Shown one piece after another: positions 14,023-21,571 of a stretch of 50,548 nt of DNA; the stretch's first letter is position 1; every line of letters begins with the position of its first letter. The stretch is from positions 1 through 50,548 of the IMG/VR virus record IMGVR_UViG_3300027852_000049. One strand, written 5' to 3'. Made by a program: the position numbers and the translations under genes. The notes under the pieces were generated by a model. The model worked only from the letters and a program-made list of their open reading frames with translations, was not told where the DNA came from and did not search any database. Source of the DNA: a virus.

Positions 14023-15379
14023 TAACACGAGTTTCAGGATCACTAAAGCTCAAGATCGGGCGATGGACATGTTGGTGTCTGATGCAACACATGGTGCGTT
14101 AGGTGGCGGCTCACGGTCAGGTAAGACGTTTCTGCTAGTACTGGTGGTTCTGTTACGAGCGATGAAGGCACCTAACAGTCGCCATGCGATATTCAGATTC
14201 AGGTTTAATGCGATCAAATCATCCATTATTCTTGATACACTGCCTAAAGTTCTATCACTATGCTTCCCTGATGCACCACCCCTTTCAATAATGCTGAATA
14301 AGACTGATTGGTACATGGTGTTACCTAACGGGTCTGAAATATGGTTCGGTGGTCTTGATGATAAGGAACGTACTGAAAAAATCCTAGGAATGGAGTTTGC
14401 CACCATTTACTTCAACGAGTGCTCACAGATACCTTGGGGTTCAATTGTGTTAGCACTGACCCGGTTAGCACAGAAGACAGAAAACCTTGAGTTGAAGGCA
14501 TTCTACGATTTCAACCCACCCAGTAAGCAACATTGGACATACCTACGGTTCGTTCGTAAGATTAACCCTGAAAATAAAATGCCTGAGTCCAATGAGTTCG
14601 ACTTTGGCTTCTACCTCATCAACCCTGCTGACAACATTGATAACCTCGACAAGAAGTACATCAAGATGTTGGAAGGTCTGCCTGAGAAGGCCCGGAACAG
14701 GTTCTTGTTAGGTAAGTTCAGCGATGACAGTGATGGTGCGTTATGGTCCGAAGAGCTGTTGAGTCAGAATCGTAAAGGTGGATCAGATGTCCCTGAGTTC
14801 TTACGTATTGTTATTGCAGTAGATCCGTCAGGTTGCAGCGGTCCTGAAGATACACGGTCAGATGAGGTTGGTGTCGTTGTTGCGGCATTAGGTACAGACA
14901 GTCACGGATACTTGCTTGAAGATCTGTCAGGTCGTCATGGTCCTGAGCAATGGGCTGATATTGTCAACGAGGCATACACAAGGCATAAGGCTGATCGTGT
15001 CGTTGCTGAAGGTAACTACGGTGGAGCGATGGTTGAGGCTGTTCTTAAAGCTAAGAATCCAAGCCTTCCTTTCACGATGGTGACAGCCACAAGAGGTAAG
15101 ATTATTCGTGCTGAACCGATATCTGCATTGTATGAGCAAAAGAAAATACATCACGTGGGCTATTTCCCTGAAGTAGAAGATCAGTTATGCTCCATGACAT
15201 TGAGTGGTTACCAAGGGTTGAAGTCACCAGACCGAGGGGACGCAGTTGTATGGGGTTTCACTGAGTTATTCCCCGGTATGACACGTAAGGCTGAAGACGA
15301 AAATTGGCGACCACCTAATGTTAATGTACAATCACGATCAGCATCACGATTCGATAACACTACTAGACGGAGATTTTAA
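14015..15379 (+). CDS. terminase large subunit
   Basis: Walker A GGGSRSGKTF, followed by FNECSQ (Walker B-like). The C-terminal nuclease-type region reads VIAVDPSGCSG...DEVGVVVAALG. The ATG at 14015 overlaps the terS stop. Confidence 0.85.
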   Translation: MFDNTSFRITKAQDRAMDMLVSDATHGALGGGSRSGKTFLLVLVVLLRAMKAPNSRHAIFRFRFNAIKSSIILDTLPKVLSLCFPDAPPLSIMLNKTDWYMVLPNGSEIWFGGLDDKERTEKILGMEFATIYFNECSQIPWGSIVLALTRLAQKTENLELKAFYDFNPPSKQHWTYLRFVRKINPENKMPESNEFDFGFYLINPADNIDNLDKKYIKMLEGLPEKARNRFLLGKFSDDSDGALWSEELLSQNRKGGSDVPEFLRIVIAVDPSGCSGPEDTRSDEVGVVVAALGTDSHGYLLEDLSGRHGPEQWADIVNEAYTRHKADRVVAEGNYGGAMVEAVLKAKNPSLPFTMVTATRGKIIRAEPISALYEQKKIHHVGYFPEVEDQLCSMTLSGYQGLKSPDRGDAVVWGFTELFPGMTRKAEDENWRPPNVNVQSRSASRFDNTTRRRF

Positions 15380-15380
15380 G

Positions 15381-15551
15381 ATGGGATCAATATTTAAGAA
15401 ACCAAAGACACCTAAGTTGGAACCAGTGAAAGTAGCCCCAGTGACTGACGATAAGGAAAGTAAACGTAAGTCACAGATGGATGCTGCCCGTAAGTATGGC
15501 GGTACTGGTAGACAAGGTACAATTTTGTCAGAAGGCAGTAAACTTGGTTAA
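15381..15551 (+). CDS. small basic conserved-looking protein (56 aa)
   Basis: MGSIFKKPKTPKLEPVKV...GRQGTILSEGSKLG. The PK-rich N-terminus plus the TIL(T/S)..G..LG C-terminus recalls small proteins found next to portal genes in many phages. Function is unknown. Confidence 0.5.
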   Translation: MGSIFKKPKTPKLEPVKVAPVTDDKESKRKSQMDAARKYGGTGRQGTILSEGSKLG

Positions 15552-15609
15552 GTGGACAACGGCTCAAGTGAAGAGCCAATCTAACCACTTGTTCGAGAAG
15601 CATCAGCCA

Positions 15610-17121
15610 ATGATGTCGCTGTATCAGACCTTGGCTGAGCATTTCTATCCTGAGCGAGCTGACTTCACTACCACCCGCAACATCGGTCAAGAACTGGCTG
15701 ATAGTCTTGTTGACTCGTACCCGGTGCTTGTCCGTCGTGATCTAGGCAACTCGTTTAATGCGATGCTGAGAGATGGCGACTGGTTTAACATCGGTATTGA
15801 CGGCACTCCTGACCACTTGGGTGCTTCATGGTTACAGCATTCAACACGTAGGTTACGTAAGCTAATGGGTAGCAGGGAATCTAATTTTGTGAGAGCCACG
15901 AAAGAGGGTGACCATGATTATGCTACATTCGGTCAGACGGTCATTAGTGTTGAGATGAACAAGAAGAACGATGGCTTACTCTTCCGGTGTTGGCACTTGC
16001 GTGATGTTGCTTGGTTTGATGATGAATCAGGTCAGGTGGGTGGTGTTGTTCGCCGATGGAAGCCTACTTATCATCAGTTGGACCAAACGTTCGGTGAAGA
16101 TAAGTTACATGAAAATTGTAACGAAAAGGTAAAGACTAACCCTTTCAAGGAGGCCAATATCACCCACATGGTATTACCTTCTGATATGTATGGGGATGAG
16201 AAGATTGAAAGTAAATTCCCGTACGTGTCGATCTACATCGACATGGATAACGAGCACATTATTGAAGAAGTCGGTATGAACCACAAGATGTATGTGGTCC
16301 CACGGTTTCAGACAATAGCTGGTAGTCAATACGCTTACTCACCTGCAACAGTTGTTGGGCTTCCTGATGCGCGAGCATTACAATCGATGACTCACACGTT
16401 GCTTGAAGCGGGTGAACGTTATGCACGACCACCTATTATTGCCACACAAAAAGTTATACGTGGTGATGTGGACTTAGCACCAGATGGTATTACGTGGGTT
16501 GATAATGAATACGACGAGAAGATGGGTGCGTCGTTGCGTCCGTTGAGTCAAGACCGTGGTGGTTTCCCTATAGGTTTGGAAATGAGGGAGAATATTGTCG
16601 AAGTGTTATCGTCAGCATTCTATCTGAACAAACTGTCATTGCCTGATACTAACCGTGATATGACAGCTTATGAAGTGTCTGAACGTATGAAACAGTTTAG
16701 GCGCGAGAACTTACCTTTATTCGCACCAATCGAGTCAGAATACAACGGTCAATTGTGTGAGATAGCTTTCAGTATAGCAATGAGTGCCGGGTTCTTCGGT
16801 TCACCAATGGATATTCCTGATTCATTAAAAGGACGCGAGGTACAGTTCAGATTTATATCACCATTGAGTCAGTCTGAAGAAGAGGAACGCGCTAATAAGT
16901 TCGCTCAAACAAGCAAGCTGTTGGCTGAAGCAGCTCAATTCGATCAGGGTGTTGAGTTGAATGTGAACTTTGACGAGGCTGTACGTGATGCAGTTATGGG
17001 TATCGGAGCACCTGCTTCATGGTTGGCCAATGAGGAAGAGGTTGAAGTTAAACGTCAACAAATAGCAATGCAACAGGCGGCTATGGCTGCGATGGAACAA
17101 GGAGTGACAGGTGGACAGTAA
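15610..17121 (+). CDS. portal protein (podovirus head-to-tail connector type)
   Basis: Assigned from its size of about 500 aa, its position directly after terL, and its acidic/Gln-rich C-terminus. The start is uncertain: ATG at 15610 was chosen, but TTG at 15544 and GTG at 15568 are in frame. The track start at 15481 overlaps the preceding gene. Confidence 0.65.
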   Translation: MMSLYQTLAEHFYPERADFTTTRNIGQELADSLVDSYPVLVRRDLGNSFNAMLRDGDWFNIGIDGTPDHLGASWLQHSTRRLRKLMGSRESNFVRATKEGDHDYATFGQTVISVEMNKKNDGLLFRCWHLRDVAWFDDESGQVGGVVRRWKPTYHQLDQTFGEDKLHENCNEKVKTNPFKEANITHMVLPSDMYGDEKIESKFPYVSIYIDMDNEHIIEEVGMNHKMYVVPRFQTIAGSQYAYSPATVVGLPDARALQSMTHTLLEAGERYARPPIIATQKVIRGDVDLAPDGITWVDNEYDEKMGASLRPLSQDRGGFPIGLEMRENIVEVLSSAFYLNKLSLPDTNRDMTAYEVSERMKQFRRENLPLFAPIESEYNGQLCEIAFSIAMSAGFFGSPMDIPDSLKGREVQFRFISPLSQSEEEERANKFAQTSKLLAEAAQFDQGVELNVNFDEAVRDAVMGIGAPASWLANEEEVEVKRQQIAMQQAAMAAMEQGVTGGQ

Positions 17122-17371
17122 GGAATTATTCTGTCCCGATATCACCCGACAGGAGCATATCGCTATCAAAGCGTTAAGCAAAGGGGAGGCAACGGCTGAT
17201 CAGCAGGTGTTAGCTCTTCAAGTAGTAGTAAACAAATTGTGTGTTACCCATGACTTAAGCTACGTTCCGGGTGAGCCCAGTGCTAGTGCATTCATGAGTG
17301 GTCGTCAATTTGTTGGTTACAAGGTTATTAAATTTACGAAACTACCTGTTTCGGACAACGAGGGGAATTAA
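17111..17371 (+). CDS. hypothetical head-module protein
   Basis: GTG start with AAGGAG 6 nt upstream. The 86-aa ORF lies between the portal and scaffold genes. Confidence 0.5.
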   Translation: MDSKELFCPDITRQEHIAIKALSKGEATADQQVLALQVVVNKLCVTHDLSYVPGEPSASAFMSGRQFVGYKVIKFTKLPVSDNEGN

Positions 17372-18340
17372 ATGTTTGGATTAAAATATAGATTTATGGA
17401 AGGTGAGCCGGGAGCAGCGGGAGGTGCACCAGCACCAGCAGGCGGTACACCAGCACCAGCACCAGCACCAGCACCAGCAGGAGGTGCACCAGCAGGAGGT
17501 GCACCAGCAGGAGGTGCACCAGCAGGCGGTACACCAGCACCAGCAGGTGACAGTAACTTTTTTGCTGCGATGCCTGATGATTGGCGTACACAACTAGCCG
17601 GCGATGACAGCAAGCGGTTGACACAGCTGGAGCGTGTCAGTGATATGCCCACGTTTGTGAATAATTACTTTAGTGCTCAAGATCGTATCCGTAAAGGTGA
17701 GTTGTCAACCGGTTTGCCTGACAACCCTAGTGATGAACAGCTGACGGAATGGCGTGAAGCAAACGGTGTACCGTCATCACCCGCTGACTACAAAGTGGAA
17801 TTATCTGACGGTCTTGTCATGGGTGATGAAGATCTTAGGATTTTAGATAAAGTGCTAGTAGTTGCTCACGCAAATAATGTCAGCAACTCGGTAATGTCAC
17901 AGCTTGCATCAGCAATGTTAGAGGGCCGTGAGGTTGAGGCCCAACAGATGTCATTGGTTGATGATGAGCATAAAAATGTTGGTACTCAACAGCTGAAACA
18001 GTTGTGGGGTAATGATTATGCTAAGAATTTGAACACGGTGATGAATTGGATGGGTCAATTGCCTGAAACCATACGTGATGATGTGCTTAATTCACGCATG
18101 GGTAACGGTATGATGATGACCAACAGTCCTGAATTTTTGATATGGGCCGCGACACAAGCGTTTGATATCAACCCTAGTGCGACAGTTGTGCCTAACTCTA
18201 ACAATCCTATGCAGAGTATTAACACTGAAATTGAGGAACTTGAAGCACGAATGGGTACTGATGAGTGGTATAAAGATCGTGCCGCACAAGAACGTTACCA
18301 AGAATTAATAAACGCTAAAGATAAAATGGAGAATAAATAA
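17372..18340 (+). CDS. scaffolding protein (putative) with N-terminal GGAPA/PA repeat tract
   Basis: Assigned from its position between portal and capsid genes. It is helical and charged ([34 protein letters not shown]) and has a low-complexity N-terminus. Confidence 0.55.
   Translation: MFGLKYRFMEGEPGAAGGAPAPAGGTPAPAPAPAPAGGAPAGGAPAGGAPAGGTPAPAGDSNFFAAMPDDWRTQLAGDDSKRLTQLERVSDMPTFVNNYFSAQDRIRKGELSTGLPDNPSDEQLTEWREANGVPSSPADYKVELSDGLVMGDEDLRILDKVLVVAHANNVSNSVMSQLASAMLEGREVEAQQMSLVDDEHKNVGTQQLKQLWGNDYAKNLNTVMNWMGQLPETIRDDVLNSRMGNGMMMTNSPEFLIWAATQAFDINPSATVVPNSNNPMQSINTEIEELEARMGTDEWYKDRAAQERYQELINAKDKMENK
17420..17545. repeat. coding tandem repeats: 15-nt GG(A/C)GGT(G/A)CACCAGCA units interspersed with CCAGCA hexamers
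   Basis: Read directly from the sequence. GGAGGTGCACCAGCA occurs 3 times in perfect tandem at about 17479-17523, and (CCAGCA) runs about 5 times at about 17449-17478. Confidence 0.9.
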
Positions 18341-18570
18341 TGGAAACTTACGCAAGTAAAGTAATTGTGAAAGCATGCCTGATTGGATCAATCGAGGGCC
18401 GTATCATCACACCAAAGAACAAGAAGATTAAACCGTTCGAGGTCAGTGATCATTACATAGCCCAACATTCACCACACGCGGGTGGATACTTCGTGTGCCA
18501 TGGTGACACAAGACAGGAGTTTATGACAGCCGTTGCATTCGATGAGATGTATGAGAAATCGAAAGGTTGA
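18340..18570 (+). CDS. hypothetical protein
   Basis: 76-aa ORF with a TAATG overlap with the scaffold gene. Confidence 0.5.
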   Translation: METYASKVIVKACLIGSIEGRIITPKNKKIKPFEVSDHYIAQHSPHAGGYFVCHGDTRQEFMTAVAFDEMYEKSKG

Positions 18571-18730
18571 TTATTAATTACTGATAGCTTATATTTATTA
18601 CGTACTTGACAAGTAGACCCTTGATGAAGTGGTTTGACCCCGTGTAAACGGCTAACTCATTAAAACTTCAGACGGCTAACTCGAACGGATAGTGTGATAA
18701 CTTTTTTTAATTTAACTTGAGGACAAAACG

Positions 18731-19558
18731 ATGAGCGATACAGCTTTTCAGAAAATGTTCCGTAAAGAGTTTATTGCTGGGTTCGAGAAGTCACAGTCGT
18801 TAGCACGACGTACAGTGACCACTGAAACCGACATTAATGGTAATGAGGCTGTATTCCTCGTTGCTGACTCTGGTGGAGCTTCAGCGGTTACTCGTGGCGT
18901 GAATGGTGATATACCGACACGTACGGATAACTTAAATCAATATACCGCGACGCTTAAAGAGTGGCATGACGTGCCTGAGCGTACGAACTTCAACATCTAT
19001 GCTTCACAAGGTGATGGTCGTCGTATCATGCAACAAACGTCTATGGCAGTTATCAATCGTAAGATCGATTCTGACATTCATGCGGGTCTGTCTACAGCGA
19101 CTGTAACTTGGGGTGCTGCTGCGGTTGCAACATTAACCTTGGTGACAACAGCTAAGACTAAGTTGGGTAATGCTTTTGCATTAGAAGAAGAGCCATTCGC
19201 TCTGATTACCCCGGCTTTCCACGGCTACTTAATGGGCTTAAATCAATTTACTTCAGCTGACTATATCAATCTGAAGCCTTTCGAGAACGTAAGTAAATCG
19301 AAAGCTTTCAACTGGTATGGTGTTAACTGGATTGTTGACGGCGGTCTACCCGGTGCTGGAACTGCTTCTGCATCATGCTTCATGTACTCACGAGCTGCTA
19401 TTGGTCATGCTTGTGACGTTGAAAATATTTCAACACACGTGGGTTATGATGAGAAGAATGATAAATCTTGGGCACGTTGCTCAACATTTATGGGTTCTAA
19501 GCTTCTTCAAAACAGCGGCATTGTGAAAATGCTTCACAATGATTCAGCGTTGTCTTAA
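18731..19558 (+). CDS. major capsid protein (putative, short HK97-fold type)
   Basis: GAGGA lies 7 nt upstream of the ATG. The gene is preceded by a 160-bp non-coding leader and followed, after one small ORF, by a strong terminator. It is placed after the portal and scaffold genes. The F..F...fi.gFE N-terminus resembles capsid families I recall. Confidence 0.65.
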   Translation: MSDTAFQKMFRKEFIAGFEKSQSLARRTVTTETDINGNEAVFLVADSGGASAVTRGVNGDIPTRTDNLNQYTATLKEWHDVPERTNFNIYASQGDGRRIMQQTSMAVINRKIDSDIHAGLSTATVTWGAAAVATLTLVTTAKTKLGNAFALEEEPFALITPAFHGYLMGLNQFTSADYINLKPFENVSKSKAFNWYGVNWIVDGGLPGAGTASASCFMYSRAAIGHACDVENISTHVGYDEKNDKSWARCSTFMGSKLLQNSGIVKMLHNDSALS

Positions 19559-19570
19559 TAGGAGATTAAC

Positions 19571-19846
19571 ATGGCTTATGCAACAACTAACCCTCCACGT
19601 ATGATGACTTCTGCCGTAGGCAAAGGTCCATCATGGTGGAGTTATGATTCAGCAGATGCTGCTACAACAGTACGTGGTGCTAACTACATCTCAGATGCTG
19701 AAGAGCTTGGTATGGCTGTAGGTGATATTGTTATTCAGTCCGACTCTGCCGGTGGTACTGTCGCGCACATGTACAATGTGTTAGCGGTAGGAGCTGCTGG
19801 TGCGGATCTGTCTGATGGTGTCGCTATTGGTGCGGTCAATACTTAA
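19571..19846 (+). CDS. hypothetical small head protein (possible decoration/cement protein)
   Basis: 91-aa Gly/Ala-rich ORF immediately after the capsid gene and before the terminator. Confidence 0.45.
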   Translation: MAYATTNPPRMMTSAVGKGPSWWSYDSADAATTVRGANYISDAEELGMAVGDIVIQSDSAGGTVAHMYNVLAVGAAGADLSDGVAIGAVNT

Positions 19847-19870
19847 GATTAAGTATTGAATGTATGACAA

Positions 19871-19899
19871 GGGTAGTACAGTTGTACTACCCTTTTATT
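19871..19899 (+). terminator. rho-independent terminator after the capsid genes
   Basis: GGGTAGTAC (19871-19879), AGTT loop, GTACTACCC (19884-19892), followed by TTTTATT. Confidence 0.75.
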
Positions 19900-19922
19900 A
19901 AACCTGAAGGGGGGTTATTAAC

Positions 19923-20369
19923 ATGAGTAAAAAGAAAATTACAGTGACACCGGTCAATCCATCGTTGTTCCAACTTTCGCAACACGGACATCAAAGTTTT
20001 GACGCAATGGTTCCGTCAAATTACACAAAGGACAATCTTGAAGACCCGGCATTGTGGTCACATGTCTCAAATAAAGTTCGTGTCGGTGATGAGATCCGTG
20101 TACTGGCTGAAGACGGATCATTCTATGTGTTACTGATGGTTGTCTTTATAGCGGGATCACAAGTAAAGACTAAAGTTATTTTTGGTACTGAGTTGGAAGT
20201 GGTAGATCCTTCCGCTAAACCATTGGGTGACTTTGAAGTTAAAATGCGAGGCACTAAAAAGTGGTGTGTCGTCAACCGTATTACAGGTGAGGTCGTTGAG
20301 GAATTGATACCCACTCAAGCGGAAGCATTACGTGCTATGAGTGATTTAGAAAAAGCACTTAAATCTTAA
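19923..20369 (+). CDS. hypothetical virion protein
   Basis: GAAGGGGGG SD. The 148-aa ORF lies between the capsid and adaptor genes. Confidence 0.55.
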   Translation: MSKKKITVTPVNPSLFQLSQHGHQSFDAMVPSNYTKDNLEDPALWSHVSNKVRVGDEIRVLAEDGSFYVLLMVVFIAGSQVKTKVIFGTELEVVDPSAKPLGDFEVKMRGTKKWCVVNRITGEVVEELIPTQAEALRAMSDLEKALKS

Positions 20370-20380
20370 ATAGGTGATAT

Positions 20381-21571
20381 ATGGCTGTTGATAAACTGGC
20401 GTTGTATAACAATGCTTTACTTCTAATTGGTCAGCGATCATTAGCCAATATTACTGAGAACAGACCGCCTCGCTTCCTGCTAGACGGTGCTTATGATCTT
20501 GACGCAGTACAATATTGCCTTGAGATCGTACAGCCTCAATTCGCAACTAAAATTATTGCGCTCAACTCACCCACTCCTAGTGGTGAACATGGGTTGGATA
20601 GTGTGCATGAGCTTCCTGCCGATTACATCAAAGTTGTAAAAGTTTTCAGTGATGACAAGTTGGACCAAGAGGTCAATCGATATCTGATAGAAGGTAAATC
20701 GGTTGTAACAGAGCATGCTGTCATTTATGTTCGTTATGTGAGTAATGACAAGGTGGCCGTCTTCGATGACTGGACGCCCTCATTCACACGGGTAGTGGCT
20801 GCATACCTTGCTCGTGAGATATCAGTTAAAGCTGCACCTGATGAATACTTAAAGATTGAACAGTTATTTTTAGACAGGGTTGAAGCAGCACGGGGTCTTG
20901 AGCAAGAGAGTGAGCCAGATGTTAGACCGTCGTCGCCCATTACCACGTTATCTAACGAATGGTTAAGGATCTATAACGATGCGTTATTAATACTAGGGCT
21001 CGACGAGATATCATCTGCTAACGATGACTCTAACAGACGGTCTAAATTGGACAGGGCTGTTGATGCAGGAGTTGTGAGTAACATGCTTGAAGATACAGGG
21101 TGGACATTTGCTGTAACATCCACGAAGATAGAATTCGATCCTTCAGTTGAACCATCATGGGGATACCGTTATGCATTCGCTAAACCGTCAAAACTCCATC
21201 GTATAGTAGGACTATTTGGCGATGAGCACATGCAATCACCATTAAAGAATTACCAAGACGAAAGCGGATACTTTTTCGCTGACGTTGATGAGATATATTT
21301 CCAATTTATCAGCACCGACTTTCTAACCAACCCCTCTCAGTGGCCTGTCTTCTTTAAGCGATTAATTGCTAGTCGATTAGCTAAAGATGCTTCAGCGGCA
21401 CTGATGAAAGAAGGTGCTGACCCTAAACGTGCCGACATCGAACATGATAGTCGTCGCAACAGTGCTATGTCTAACGACGCCATGTCTTCCCCACCACGAC
21501 GAATACAGTCTGGCAGTTGGGTTAATTCACGGTATCGTGGTGGCAATCGCAACAGACCCGGTGACTATTAA
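20381..21571 (+). CDS. tail tubular protein A / adaptor (T7 gp11-like), tandemly duplicated
   Basis: Both halves open with the gp11-like N-terminal pattern. Compare T7 gp11 [20 protein letters not shown]...[20 protein letters not shown]. Half 1 reads LALYNNALLLIGQRSLANITEN...; half 2 reads WLRIYNDALLILGLDEISSANDDSNRRSKLDRAVDAGVVSNMLEDTGWTFA. At 396 aa it is about twice the 196 aa of gp11. Confidence 0.6.
   Translation: MAVDKLALYNNALLLIGQRSLANITENRPPRFLLDGAYDLDAVQYCLEIVQPQFATKIIALNSPTPSGEHGLDSVHELPADYIKVVKVFSDDKLDQEVNRYLIEGKSVVTEHAVIYVRYVSNDKVAVFDDWTPSFTRVVAAYLAREISVKAAPDEYLKIEQLFLDRVEAARGLEQESEPDVRPSSPITTLSNEWLRIYNDALLILGLDEISSANDDSNRRSKLDRAVDAGVVSNMLEDTGWTFAVTSTKIEFDPSVEPSWGYRYAFAKPSKLHRIVGLFGDEHMQSPLKNYQDESGYFFADVDEIYFQFISTDFLTNPSQWPVFFKRLIASRLAKDASAALMKEGADPKRADIEHDSRRNSAMSNDAMSSPPRRIQSGSWVNSRYRGGNRNRPGDY

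Noticed and set aside
17368-17652. Several overlapping ORFs on both strands across the scaffold repeat (17368..17652, 17381..17593, 17394..17624, 17403..17597)
   Set aside because: They are alternative-frame or antisense readings of the GGAPA/PA repeat DNA. Only the 17372..18340 frame continues into a long, normal-looking protein.
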